From Octopus sinensis (taxonomy: Eukaryota), in contig NC_042998.1 in assembly GCF_006345805.1 (NCBI RefSeq), positions 51,584,001-51,648,000 on the forward strand: DNA of 64,000 nucleotides. Direction: 5' to 3'. The notes under the pieces are model-generated. The model was not told where the DNA came from. It saw nothing but the letters and a program-made list of their open reading frames with translations, and did no database searches. The translations under genes were made by a program, and so were the position numbers. This document shows, piece after piece, positions 39,962 to 51,880 of this stretch (position 1 is its first letter; every line of letters begins with the position of its first letter).

Positions 39962-42952
39962 TTATTGTTTACAGAGACATATCCAGGTGTAGGGTTTATC
40001 CGGGATTTCTTGAAGGAATCTGTCCAAAGACTTCTTGAACCCTATAGGGTCAGTTTCTGTTTTAATGTGTTTTGGTGTAATGTTAAAGAGAGCGGGGCCA
40101 ATTGAGGTGAAATAATTGTGCCGTATTGTTGTTATGAGATGAGAGTGCGATTTTTGTTTTGGGCGGATGGCACGGGGCCCAAGCCTTGGATGTACCTTAA
40201 AGGTGATGCCAACATCATTTGGGCAATGCTGATGGAATATTTTCCACATCATGCAGATGATGTAGCGCTCACGACGACGTTGGAGAGAATAGAGTTTTAG
40301 CTTTTCTAGCCGACCCCAATAGTCGAGGCCTGTCATGCCATCTATCTTTTTTGTGATTGCCCTTTGAGGTGCTTCAACTTTTATGATACCTTGTATTGTG
40401 TGGGGAGACCACAGTGGACAACAGTATTCAAGGTGGGGTCGGGCAAAGTGGAGAAGAGAAGGATAATGGTGTGGATATCTCTCGACTGGAAAGTTCTGAG
40501 AATCCAGGAACACATTCTGCGGGCCATGTCAACTTTGGTGTTTATATGAGTGGCCCAGCTTACGTTGTTGTCCACAATTACTCCAAGTCTCTGATGTTGT
40601 TGGACGCCGCGAGAGTTTCACCTGAAGGAAGGGAGTATGGGAGTTTCAGGGCATCCTCTTTTCCAAAGTGGATTAGCTCAAATTTATCCTCGTTCAGCAG
40701 CATATTGTTTTTTTCTGCCCATTGGATAACAGCCAGTAGATCTGACTGAAGGCATGTCCGGTCACTCGCCTCATTTATGACCTTCTGTAGCTTGGAGTCA
40801 TCTGCAAAGATTTTTATGTTGCTGTGCTTGATGATGTCATTAATGTCATTAATGTAAATGATGAAAAGAAGTGGGCCCAGCACAGTGCCTTGCGGAACGC
40901 CACTACTGACTTTGGCTGGGCTTGATTTTACCCCTTCAACTACAACATGTTGAGATCTGTCTGTCAGGAAACACTCAATCCATTTCAGTAACTTTCCAGA
41001 GACACCAATGTTGGATAGTTTTTTCAATAGGATCTTGTGATCGACCCTGTCGAAGGCCTTACTGAAATCAAGGTAGATGACATCGGTGTTGGAGCCCTCT
41101 CCCAAAGCTCTCAAAATGTCCTCAAAGTGATGCAGGAGCTGCGTTAGGCAGTCCCTTCCATTACGGAACCCATGTTGGTTGGAGATCAGCCGTCTGTTGC
41201 TTTCCAGAAATTGGGTTATTCGAGATCTCACCACCCTCTCAAATACCTTGATGATATGAGAGGTGAGTGAGATCGGGCGGTAATTCACTGCAAGGGACTT
41301 GTTTCCCTTTTTGAAAACTGGGACAACAGACTGGGACAGAAGGTTTTTTGGAATATAGCCAGCATCCAGTGAGTTTCTCCACAGATTAGCAAGGGGAGAT
41401 GCAAGTTGGTGTCGACACACCTTCAGGACACAAGCAGGGAATCTATCGGGGCCTACTGCTGAATTGTGTTTTATTTCGTTTATCGCCGCTAAGACATCAG
41501 GGGCACTAAACGTTATGTCCGATATAGTGTGTTGGGGGTTGACATCACTGATACAGCCCAGATCGGCCATATCAGGATTGCTGAAAACAGAGCAGTATTG
41601 TTTCTGCAGTATCTCGGCCATGGATTTGGCATTATCTTGGAGAGTGCCAGTTTCGTCAATTAGAGGGCCTACAGTGGAGACAGTGACCCTGCGTTTCCTC
41701 GCAAATGAAAAGAACACTTTGGGGTTGAGTTTGATTTTTTCAATGGCCCACTTCTCCTCAGCTGATCTTTGGTTATTGATGAGGGTCTTCATGCATTGTT
41801 GGAGGTTATATTTTTTGGATTCAAGCAGTGCGATAGCCGTCGAATGTGTGTGTTGCTGTTGGCAGTACTTTAGTTTGTTAATTTTTTTGTTTGTTCTTTT
41901 TTTTTTCTGATAATGGTTTTTCTGTTTTGGGGGATTCTGCACTTTTTGTTCACAGGTCTTGGTGGGGAGTGTTTTGCACATATGTCTGTGACGGTGTCTA
42001 CAAAGATCTGCCAAGATGTTTTTGTTGGTGGAGATGTGTGTATGTGTAAAGGACCAGTCAACATTGATAGCTCGTTCCTGATTGCATCCCAGTTGGCTTT
42101 ATGGAGATCCATGTTGTCAAATGGGTGGGCTGGAGGAAGGTCACTAGGATTAGCTTTCGGCTGGTGGAATTTCATGTTACAGAGAACCATGTCATGGTCT
42201 GAAAGAAGGGTTTTTTCCACTGTAACGTTATGTATAGTGTTAGTGTGGTTACTAAACACTAGGTCCAAAATGTTCTGATGTCTTGTTGGTGCAAGGACAA
42301 GTTGGGACAAGAAAAACTCATTCGTAAAGTCGAAAAGTGACTCTGCTGCTTCTTTGTCAGCGGTTGAGGCGGGAGTGCTTGGTTTCAAACAGTTTGTAGT
42401 CCAGTCAACACAGGGTAGATTGAAGTCTCCCATCATGAGTATGTTGCTAGAATGGCACTGTTGAATAAAGCACTTAATGCTGTTGAGGCATTCTTTAAAG
42501 CACAGTATGGGTGTTTGGGGCGGCCTATAGAGCCCAATTACTGTCAGGTCATTGGCTTTGTTGTGCACGGTGACTGATTCACAGTAGCCGTTGGAGAATA
42601 TACTATTTCCATCTGCCGTAAATGAATCATGCAGGAAAATGGCAGTTCCACCCTTCCTCCTGCCGATACGATCCGCGCGGATGGTTGTGAAATTCTTCAC
42701 TCTCACTTCGGCTTCCAAGTGGGAGTTGTCAAGGTGGGTCTCAGTGAGAATGAAGAAAGGGATGTGGTGTGAATGGTTACCAACCCAGTCTTCAATGAAT
42801 TGGACCTTCCATTTTTGTGCATTGATGGAAGGGCTGACACCTTGTGCATTGAGTAGGAATGTGGAGGTTAGTGTAGTGGCTGGTTTTGACTGTTGCAGGG
42901 GGCTTGGATTTTTTGTGTGTGTTAGTGGCAGCAATGTGGGGAATTGGTGCAC
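39962..42952 (-). CDS. CR1-group ORF2 (APE endonuclease plus reverse transcriptase), frameshifted in this sequence
   Basis: LNAQG, LTETHL, RKGGTAIF, MGDFNLP, LDLVFSN, SDH (APE); NYRPISLTS, QHGFR, YLDFSKAFD, GVPQGTVLGP, FADD (RT); RPHLEYC...W (C-terminus). Assembled from track ORFs 41870-42952, 40578-42014, 40381-40575 and 39962-40513. Confidence 0.9.
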
Positions 42953-43560
42953 TGGGGTAATAGCATAGGATGGTGTTGAGTGATGGCTAGAATGTTTTTG
43001 TGTATCTCTTTTGCCATGTTCAACATGGCTAAAAAAGAATTTTCCTGCTTAGGGAGCAGTTTTTGGCTGGAGGTGTGGTTGCACTGTTGGATAGGGTTGT
43101 AGTTTCCACTTTTGTTGTTGTTGTTTTTGTGTCTTCCTGAAAAGACTGGACCAGCATTACTGCAGCATGGTGTGTTTCTATTTTTATTGTTATTCAGGTT
43201 TGTGTGTTGGCTTGGGGCCCCGTTTCTGTTTGTGCGTCGGGTCCCTGGAAGATGAGTGAAGGGACAGTCACTCAGTAGACATGTTCTCTCACGTTGGGAA
43301 TACCGGCAGATTTTGGGACTCCGAGTTGTGTGTGTTTTGAATTTCGATTTACTATTTGGTGGTGTTGATGTTATTGTGGGATGCGTGCTTTGGCCTTGGC
43401 CGGTAGTGCGTCTAGTGCCGGGTAGATGCGTGAAGATGCAGTCACTTTTGTGCAGAGTCTCTGGCGCAGTGAATAGCGGCATATTTGGGGATTTCTTGTT
43501 TGTGCCGTGGGGGGCGCATTCTGCTTCCTATGTTTCTTTAAGTTTTTGTTACTGCAGTAG
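42922..43560 (-). CDS. CR1-group ORF1 with two CCCH zinc fingers (frameshifted)
   Basis: ICRYSLRQRLCTK/SDCIFTHLPGTRR and ICRYSQRERTCLLSDCPFTHLPGTRR; the true start is not defined. Confidence 0.7.
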
Positions 43561-43847
43561 TATTGAGGTGGTGATGTGGGGGAAGAGGGCAGTGGTTTTT
43601 CTATTTGGTTTTCTGTCGGTATTTTTTGGTGATAGAAGACGATGGTGGCCGGTGGTGATGAATGATGATAATGTGGTGGTTGCTGTGAGAGCGGTGAAAA
43701 GATACTGGTATTTAGTGAATCGTCTAGTAAGCTAGAGTTGAGGAGTGGCTGTTGTTGTTCTTGTTGCTGTGGCTGTTGTTGTTGTTTTTATATATTATAT
43801 ATATATTATATATATATATATACATACATACATATATCTATATACAT

Positions 43848-43939
<92 letters not shown>

Positions 43940-44014
43940 CGTATATATATATATATATATATAAATGCATACATGTAAACATGTATGCATATACACATAC
44001 ATACTTACATGTTA

Positions 44015-44770
44015 ATATATCACCACCAATATCAGTAAAATATTGCTAATATATTTTCAGACAAGATTATATTTGATAAAGCTGGCCCACGCTTCAATAG
44101 AATGTTATGGAGAAGTGGCTTCAACGACAAGATATAATATGTAGAAACAATCTGAATACGATTAAATCAAATAACGTAACAAGAAAATAATGTCCAACCG
44201 TCAGACAATAAATGTCTAAAGGTATACCTAAGATAGATACATTTTCGTGCGCCCCACAGATACAATATAATCTTTTGAAGGAAATTTGTTAAAGTTAGTT
44301 ATAGGTGTCTAGACAATATTAGGACCCAGATTTTCATTCATAATAAAGCAGCTACTAAAATATTGCACACACTCTAGTGTGCACGAAGTCTAAAACATAG
44401 CTAATTTCCCAACAAACAATGAAAACCATTTAAAAGAAACGGTTACAAAATAGATGCATCAACCATTGATCAAAAACACATATTGAGCCTATTGAAAATT
44501 CATTCAATGCGCGTACAAACAGCACATCAACTCATTCAGAAACAGAAGCAAACAATTCTACTCCTTTGCTGAAATACAGAGAGCCCAACAATCAAGTGTA
44601 GCAACTTCGCAAAAGGGGACTATACAATGAGTACAGCAGTAATTATAATTATAATTTGAGTGCAACTGAAAGGTTTAAACTGCTGATTCTGCCAGATGAC
44701 ATCCTAAATGGGAGCGAAGAAACTATCTCACCGTGTTTGTACACAAGGAAATTTATATATAGAAAAGCAG
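44015..44770 (+). pseudogene. Degenerate Penelope-like element, 3' part (RT thumb plus GIY-YIG endonuclease)
   Basis: FDKAGPRFNRML..SGFNDK, VKVSYRCLDN...IHNK, FNARYKQHINSFRN, and NLSATE...LN.SEE.IS.C...KF match the PLE C-terminal motifs. Confidence 0.7.
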
Positions 44771-45618
44771 ACGTGGAAAAACGAATCCAAGTTTTAAAAA
44801 AAGCTACAGGAAAAAAAAGTCACATGTAATGCCATCAAATATAAATAGTGCTCTCAATATGTACAAGTCATGTATTGCCAGTTAATAACTGATTAAAAAT
44901 ATTTTCTGTTTTATTACTTTAATTGTTTATGGTACTTTAATAAATTGTGACTGACTTGAATATTTTTGTTTTATTACCTGACTTTATTTCTTAGACTTTT
45001 GCCTGTGATTTTATTACCGGCCACCATAAATTAATTGTGACGTTTTTTCCAGTGGTTTTATTACCGGCCGCGGGAAAAAGATACCTAAGAGCTTTCTGCT
45101 TTTGAGAAATACATTTTCATGCGCCCCGCAGATATAATAAAAAGAGGAGTCTAGGCGAAATAATTGTCGAAATAGATAACAAATATAAATTATAATTGCA
45201 CTTTTAATAGTTTCAGTTTGCCCCCCGGATTAACCGTGATTGAGGAAACCTAAGATCAAAGGTATGCCAGCCGTAACTAGCTTGTCAAAATTGGAATGAT
45301 CTTTCAAAGTGTATATATTACATTATCCATTAACACCGTTTTGAGGAGTATTTCAAGTAGGCGAAACGAACATTTAGAGATTACCATCATTGGCTCGCCA
45401 AAATTCTCATGGAATTTTCGATTCTTATTCGTTTAAGAGTGGATGTCTTTTAACCCCACCTATAACCAGTTTTTAAAACTTTTATTATGCCTTCTTTAAA
45501 AAGCAGTTTTTAGATTTTAACGCTTTGAACATCGGAGATTTATAATCTGTAAAAAAATTATTAGGGTTAGAGGATTTATTGATGCTTGTGCATGTTTAAT
45601 GGTTGGTTTGCATTTGTA

Positions 45619-45679
<61 letters not shown>

Positions 45680-45789
45680 TGCATTTGTAATAACATTTTT
45701 ATCGTTGATAACAGAAACAGTAGCATTTTAAATTTTCGGAAAGTGAAACAGCGCAATTTGTAAAGCTTTCAATTATTCTTTTCTACTCT

Positions 45790-46300
45790 AGGTACAAATT
45801 TTGAGGTAGGGGGGCAGTCAATTATATCGATCCCAGGACGCAACTGGTACTTAATTTATCGACCCCGAAAGGGTGAAAGGCAAAGTCGACCTCGGCGGAA
45901 TTTGAACTCAGAATATAAAGACAAAAGAAATACCAATTTCTTTACTGCCCACGGGACAAACAAGGACAGACAAACGGATTAAGTCGATTACATCGACCCC
46001 AATGCATAACTGGTACTTAATTTATCGACCCCGAAAGGATGAAAGGCAAAGTCGACCTCGGCGGAATTTGAACTCACAACGTAACGGCAGACGAAATACC
46101 TATTTCTTTATTACCCACAAGGGGCTAAACACAGAGGGGACAAACAAGGACAGACATAGGTATTAAGTCGATTACATCGACCCCAGTGCGTAACTGGTAC
46201 TTAATTTATCGACCGGCGGACTTTGAACTCACAACGTAACGGCAGACAAAATACCGCTAGGCATTTCGCCCGGCGTGCTAACGTTTCTACCAGCTCGCCT
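45790..46300 (-). mobile_element. SINE family A head-to-tail multimer
   Basis: At least three repeated bodies and TATTTCTTTA.TGCCCAC tails with a single head at about 46300. Confidence 0.85.
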
Positions 46301-47603
46301 CTTTAATGCTTTCACTATTGAATACCCATCACTTGCATTACTTTCAATACAAATACAGCGATATGATGATATTCGTTTTGTTTATCCATGCAATCTAATA
46401 TATAATACATACTTTTATGAAGCATTCGGATTAAGGTTCTTTATTTATCATATACTTTTTATATTACTTCCTTTTTTTTTTTTCTTTTCAAATTCTGAAT
46501 CTCTAATGTTCTGAACATTAAAATCAGAAGGCCGGATTTCATTTTCTTAACAAAAATAAAATAATTCATTAGAAAGAAGTTAGGAAGCAGCTAAAAAACT
46601 TCGCGCTTAAACGAATAAGATTTTAAGTCATATTTTTAATGTAAATGTGTCTGTACTCGCTTGCACGCACACACATTTATATATTACATACGAATGTATG
46701 TACATATGAACATTCGTATGTGCGTACGTATGTCTGTGTATGCATGCATGCATGTTTTGTTCGGGAGAGATATCTCCGAAGAGTAGACCTGCTTTTGAAT
46801 ACTACACTAAGGTAGTATGAACCGCAAATCTCGATTATTTTTTTTTTTCGATTTATATCTAATGTTAGACAGTACGATCGTGACTGTATATCTTATTTTA
46901 TTTATTAATCTTTTTACTAACGTATTTTTACTTTATATCCCTGATCTTAAGAAGCTTTACAGAGTAATTGTTACACAATGATCTTTTTATTCCTGATCAT
47001 CTCTGATTGGATGTGCCTAGGTCGTCACTTATACAAATTTTACTGGATGCTGTGGACGACGAAAGGACTCCTTTTCATGTTGTATAGCTAGAGGAAAATG
47101 ATTCATCGTAATGGTGGGTGAAATATCAATTATTCGGTGAACTATTCAACTGGAAAAAAAGTCATTCTTAAACCGGATTAAAAACGGAATCGAGCAATAG
47201 TTGGATAACACATTTGATTGGATCAAGACAGGACAAATATGAAAACTAGAGGGCTTGAATGATCGCAGTTTGAAATACAATAAGGTTCGCCATCAAAAGT
47301 GTAAAACAGCTGTCAACATCAGCAAACACCAATTAAATACCTCTGAAATTCCGTCAAGGTTATCTCTTACTTTCATCCTTTTAGGGTCAATAAAATAAAG
47401 TATCAGTCAAGTACTGGAGTCGATGTAATCGATTAACACTCTCCCCCTAAAATAGCTGGCCTTGAGCCAAAATTTGAAACCATATTATTGATTCATGAGG
47501 GATTTGAACTCAGGTATAAAGAGTCGAAATTAAATAAAAGCATTTACTTCGACGCTGTTAAGTTTCTACCAGCTTAAGGGTCTTCAGTAGTAATTATATT
47601 TTA

Positions 47604-48246
47604 GGATCTTTACCTTTTAACGTACAGATTTAAATGATTTTTTTGTAACTAAACACTTTCAAACTTCGGACACTGGTAGAATGTGTCATATAAAACATGC
47701 TTTACTATTAGCATTTTTGAGAAAAGACTTATATTTACGAAGTTATTTCACGTTATAGTTCTCGTATTTCGGTAATTTCAACCAATCAATGACGTGTATT
47801 CAGCTGAATAAAATTACTGCCGTTGTTTGACAACAACAACTATCGGCGGTGTATATTTCGTTTGTCACTGTTATTTATGACATCGTTCGTACGTTTGTAC
47901 TGTTTTTAAGGTTTTAGGGTTATGGTTATGGTTTTAGGGTTAGGGTTTTAGAGTTAGGGTTAGGGTTGTCATAAATAACAGTGACAAACGAAATATACTC
48001 CGCCGATAGTTGTTGTTGACAAACAACAGGAGTAATTTTATTCAGCTGAATACACGTCATTGATTGGTTGAAATTACCGAAATACGAGAACTTTAACGTG
48101 AAATAACTTCGTAAATTTAAATTTTTCTCAAAAATGCTAAGAATAAAACATGTTTTAAATGACACATTCTACTAGTGTCCGACGTTTGAAAGTGTTTAGT
48201 TACAAAAAATTATTTTAAAAACCTGTCGGTCAAAAGGTAAAAATCC
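47604..48246. mobile_element. MITE with about 275-bp TIRs, GGAT termini and a central TTAGGG-like tract
   Basis: GGATCTTTACCTTTT...AAAAGGTAAAAATCC; the arms mirror each other through TGTCACTGTTATTTATGACA; the centre is (TTAGGG/TTATGG)n. Confidence 0.9.
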
Positions 48247-49683
48247 AAAGACGTAACTAAATATCGATTTTTAACATATGCAGAAGGCCTCAATTTTTTT
48301 GTTTTTTTGTGGTAGGGGAGACTATGGTCGCTATATCGTATTTGACTGTTATTTTATTCTATCAATCCCGGAGGGATAAAATGCAAAATTGACCTCAGTG
48401 GGATTTGAACTAAGCATGTAAAAAGTCGCAATGAATTTTTATCAGACGCTCTAACGATTCTGCCAATCCACCACCTTTGAAACTTCTAATAATCGTTTCT
48501 ACACTGGCACAAAACCATATAGTTAGGTAGATGGGTTAGTCAATTTATTCGACTACAGTACTTACCTGGTATTTCCTGTTATCGATCCCAGAAGGGTGAA
48601 AGGTAATATTGAACTTGGCGGGATAGGAACTCAGAATGTAAAGAAACTAAACACGGTAAACTATTTTGTCCGATGCGCAAATGATTCTGCTAGAAACAGC
48701 AGCCAAATTTTAATCAACTCTCAATGTGCTATCTTTACAAAGAAGGAAGGACATGTTGGATCATGTGACATGGTGATGACTAGAACGCTTTTTGATCATA
48801 AGTATATTCGATCTTTGCTGACCTAGGGCTCAACAACAAAAGCATGTTATGATATAATCAGACCATGATTCTTATAATTGCATTAAATGTTTGTTGCTTT
48901 ATTTGTTCAGTTGATGTAACCGAACGGATCAAATTTTAACTACGAATCCACTGTTCGGCTGTGATTTTATGACTCTTCCTAAATTACACCATTGCATCAG
49001 CGTTCATTCAACAATCACGTGATCACATCAAGGTCTTTGCTGTCTGTCAATCGACAAGATATTTTATTAGATTTCTGCTCGTTTGCACAAACCTATGTGT
49101 TTACTCAAACATCATAACAGGGGATGAGGAGAGAGCAAGATAGGGAGAAAGGGGGTGGCAAAGAAAAGTCAAGATCAGAACAAAAAAAAAATACTTGTAT
49201 GGCGGTTGAAAACTAAATTTGATTATGTTATATAATGTTTCAAGTCACGAACTTTCTATATATCATAACAGTGTTTATTCAAACTTCAAACGAAGAGAAA
49301 GAAACACAGAGAGAGAGAGGGAGTGAGAGACAATAGAGAGGAAAGCAACAGAGATAAAAACAGCGAGGTGATAGAGAGAAGAGACGAGGAAAGGAAGACG
49401 GGAGAAGAAACAATAAGAGTAAAAGAAACGGATGTGGAAAAGTGGAAAAGAAGAGAAAGAGGAAAAAACAAGGAAAAATCGGGAATATGTAATCATGAAG
49501 TGAGATGAAAGTTGGGAAATGAAATTTGATTATATCATGTTATATAACGTAATACAGTCACAGAGGCTGAAGGTTCGAAACTCAGTGAAATGAATAAAAA
49601 TTATATTATTACTTATATATATTTTTTAAAGTTTTACAACGCTTTCTTTCGTCAAACGAAGATTGAAAACTTAAATTTTATAC

Positions 49684-50083
49684 GGATTTTTTCGGTTTGA
49701 ACTGCAGTTTTTAACATGATTTCTAGGTAACTAAAAAATTTAAAACTTCGTATACTGGTAGAATGTGTTTATAAAACATCTTTTTCTCTTGGCTTTATTG
49801 AGAAAATTCTATAGTTTGTAAGATATTTGTTGTGTTTTTTTTCTTCAATTTCTGCAATTTCAACCAATCAATGACGTTCTGTGCCGTATGAATATGTCCC
49901 TCGTTTAAGAAACAGATTGGGTTTATTTACATTTGTGAAGAAAAAAAGATACCCTTCCCCTCACCCCTTCCCCTAACTCTAAAACAGATTGAAATGCAAT
50001 AGATCGATACTAGGGTCATAATTATGGGTGACAATTTCATATGACACCGCTAGAAAAAACTGCCGTTCAAACCGAAAAGATCC
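49684..50083 (-). mobile_element. GGAT(C)-terminated TIR element (related to 47604-48246)
   Basis: GGATTTTTTCGGTTTGAACTGCAG / CTGCCGTTCAAACCGAAAAGATCC; flanks TTTTATAC / GTTTATAC. Confidence 0.85.
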
Positions 50084-50189
50084 GTTTATACTTCGACTGA
50101 ACTTAATGATGTGATACATATATATTTACAAATTTCGTCAGCACCATAGATATTGTATGAAGGTAGCGATCTGGTTTCAAATACTAGTT

Positions 50190-50317
50190 CAGTGGTTCCC
50201 AATCTGTGGTCCGCAAAGATAGTACTGGAGGTCCGTGAACATGTTAAACTGACAGACCTTTCAATATTCTGTCGTCCGTGGGAAAACTCATTTTAATAAA
50301 AGCAGTCCTAACCACTG
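50190..50317. mobile_element. hAT (Charlie-like) MITE with 8-bp TSD
   Basis: CAGTGGTT...AACCACTG; TSD TACTAGTT at 50182-50189 and 50318-50325. Confidence 0.85.
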
Positions 50318-50691
50318 TACTAGTTAGATATTTTAAATTCACTTCATTTTCGTTGATGTCGTCATCGTTGCTGTTATCATTTTAAAAGATTTTGCTGGCA
50401 AGGAAATTACAGGGGAACTTTCACCTGATTCTTCCAAATCTTTCTTTTGAAACCATTTGTGGAGATTTTTTTTTATCACAGCAACTGGTCGTACACCACA
50501 AGGTTTAACGGAACCTACCGAAGCAAACCAGCACGCTCGCAGCATTACCACGGACGATGGCGAGGGTAAGGCATTAAAGCTCTAGATCTACTCTAATCCT
50601 ATAGAGCTATAATGAAACATGTTCCATCATCTATTATAATTCCACTTACGTTTTGGGAGCGTTATAGAAATATAAGTCGACTCCAGTTGTT

Positions 50692-51096
50692 GGATCTTTT
50701 CGATTTGAACGGCAGTTTTTTCTAGCGGTGTCATATGAAATTGTCACCCATAATTATGACCCTAGTATCGATCTATTGCATTTCAATCTGTTTTAGAGTT
50801 AGGGTTAGTTAGGGTTAGGGTTAGGGTGAGGGGAAGGGTATCTTTTTTTTCTTCACAAATGTAAATAAACCCAATCTGTTTCTTAAACGAGGGACATATC
50901 CATACGGCACAGAATGATTTTACCTCAATGGACGTATTTGATTGGTTGAAACTGCAGAAATTGAAGAAAGAAACAACAAATATCTTACAAACAATAGAAT
51001 TTTCTCAATTAAGCCAAAAGAAAAAGATGTTTTATAAACACATTCTACCAGTATACGAAATTATGTTAAAAACTACCGTTCAAACCGAAAAGATCC
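50692..51096 (+). mobile_element. GGATC-terminated TIR element flanked by 68-bp direct repeats
   Basis: Inverted copy of 49684-50083 with (TTAGGG)n; direct repeats at 50624-50691 and 51097-51164. Confidence 0.9.
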
Positions 51097-51665
51097 CCAT
51101 CTTCTATTATAATTCCATTTACGTTTTGGAAGCATTATAGGAATATAAGTCGACTCCAGTTGTTGACTAGTACTTCATTTTATTGACGTCAGAAGAATGA
51201 AGGGTAACAGTGACGGCATGCGTACACAAATGCGTAAGTACGGAAACGAAATTTGCTTAGTGGGTGCAGACCCAGGTTCGAATTTTTTTCAGTCTTAATA
51301 TCAAAACAAACCCAGTTATAATAATTATTAGGCATTCTTTCGATATGAGTCCCATTTACCTCACGTGTATTTGTTTACATTTGAAGAGGATCGTCACTTT
51401 CCGTAATTTTTTTCTTTTTTTATATATGTAGGGTTAGGGTTAGGGTTAGGGGTGGGGGGAAAGAGTATCTTTTTCTTCAGAAATGTAAATAAACCCACGT
51501 GGGTTTATATAAGTGACAGTTATGTTACTAGTAACGAATGATCGCCAATTACGACGGAAACTTGTGCTACGACAAGCGAAACATCGCCGATGAATTTAAT
51601 CATGAAAAGGTAATGTTTCTAATCAGTCCACCAGTGTTTCTATGTTCCTTCGTGGATGGAATAAA

Positions 51666-51880
51666 GTAAATTTTTTGAGTAACACCCGCACGATTTTCAC
51701 GAAGTAAAAAAAACTCAGATTTTTTGCGTGGAATCAAGCACCCTGACCTCCTAATATGATGCAAATCCTTTATTTTGGTTCGGAAAAAATGGGGACGAGG
51801 GGGTACTTGATTCAATGCAAAAAATCCAAGTTTTTTTTTTTCTTAGTAAAAATCGTGCGGGTGTTACTCAAAAAATTTAC
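51666..51880. mobile_element. MITE-like inverted repeat, about 78-bp arms
   Basis: GTAAATTTTTTGAGTAACACCCGCACGATTTT / AAAATCGTGCGGGTGTTACTCAAAAAATTTAC. Confidence 0.8.

Larger units (their letters stand above)
39833..43789 (-). mobile_element. Apparently full-length CR1-group LINE
   Basis: ORF1 with two CCCH fingers, ORF2 with APE and RT domains, 3' tail (TCAAAGTA)3 at 39833-39856; (TA)n-rich tracts on both sides. Confidence 0.92.

Noticed and set aside
47900-47970. TTAGGG tract as a true telomere or telomere-fusion site
   Set aside because: It is short, degenerate, enclosed by TIRs, and repeated in sister elements.
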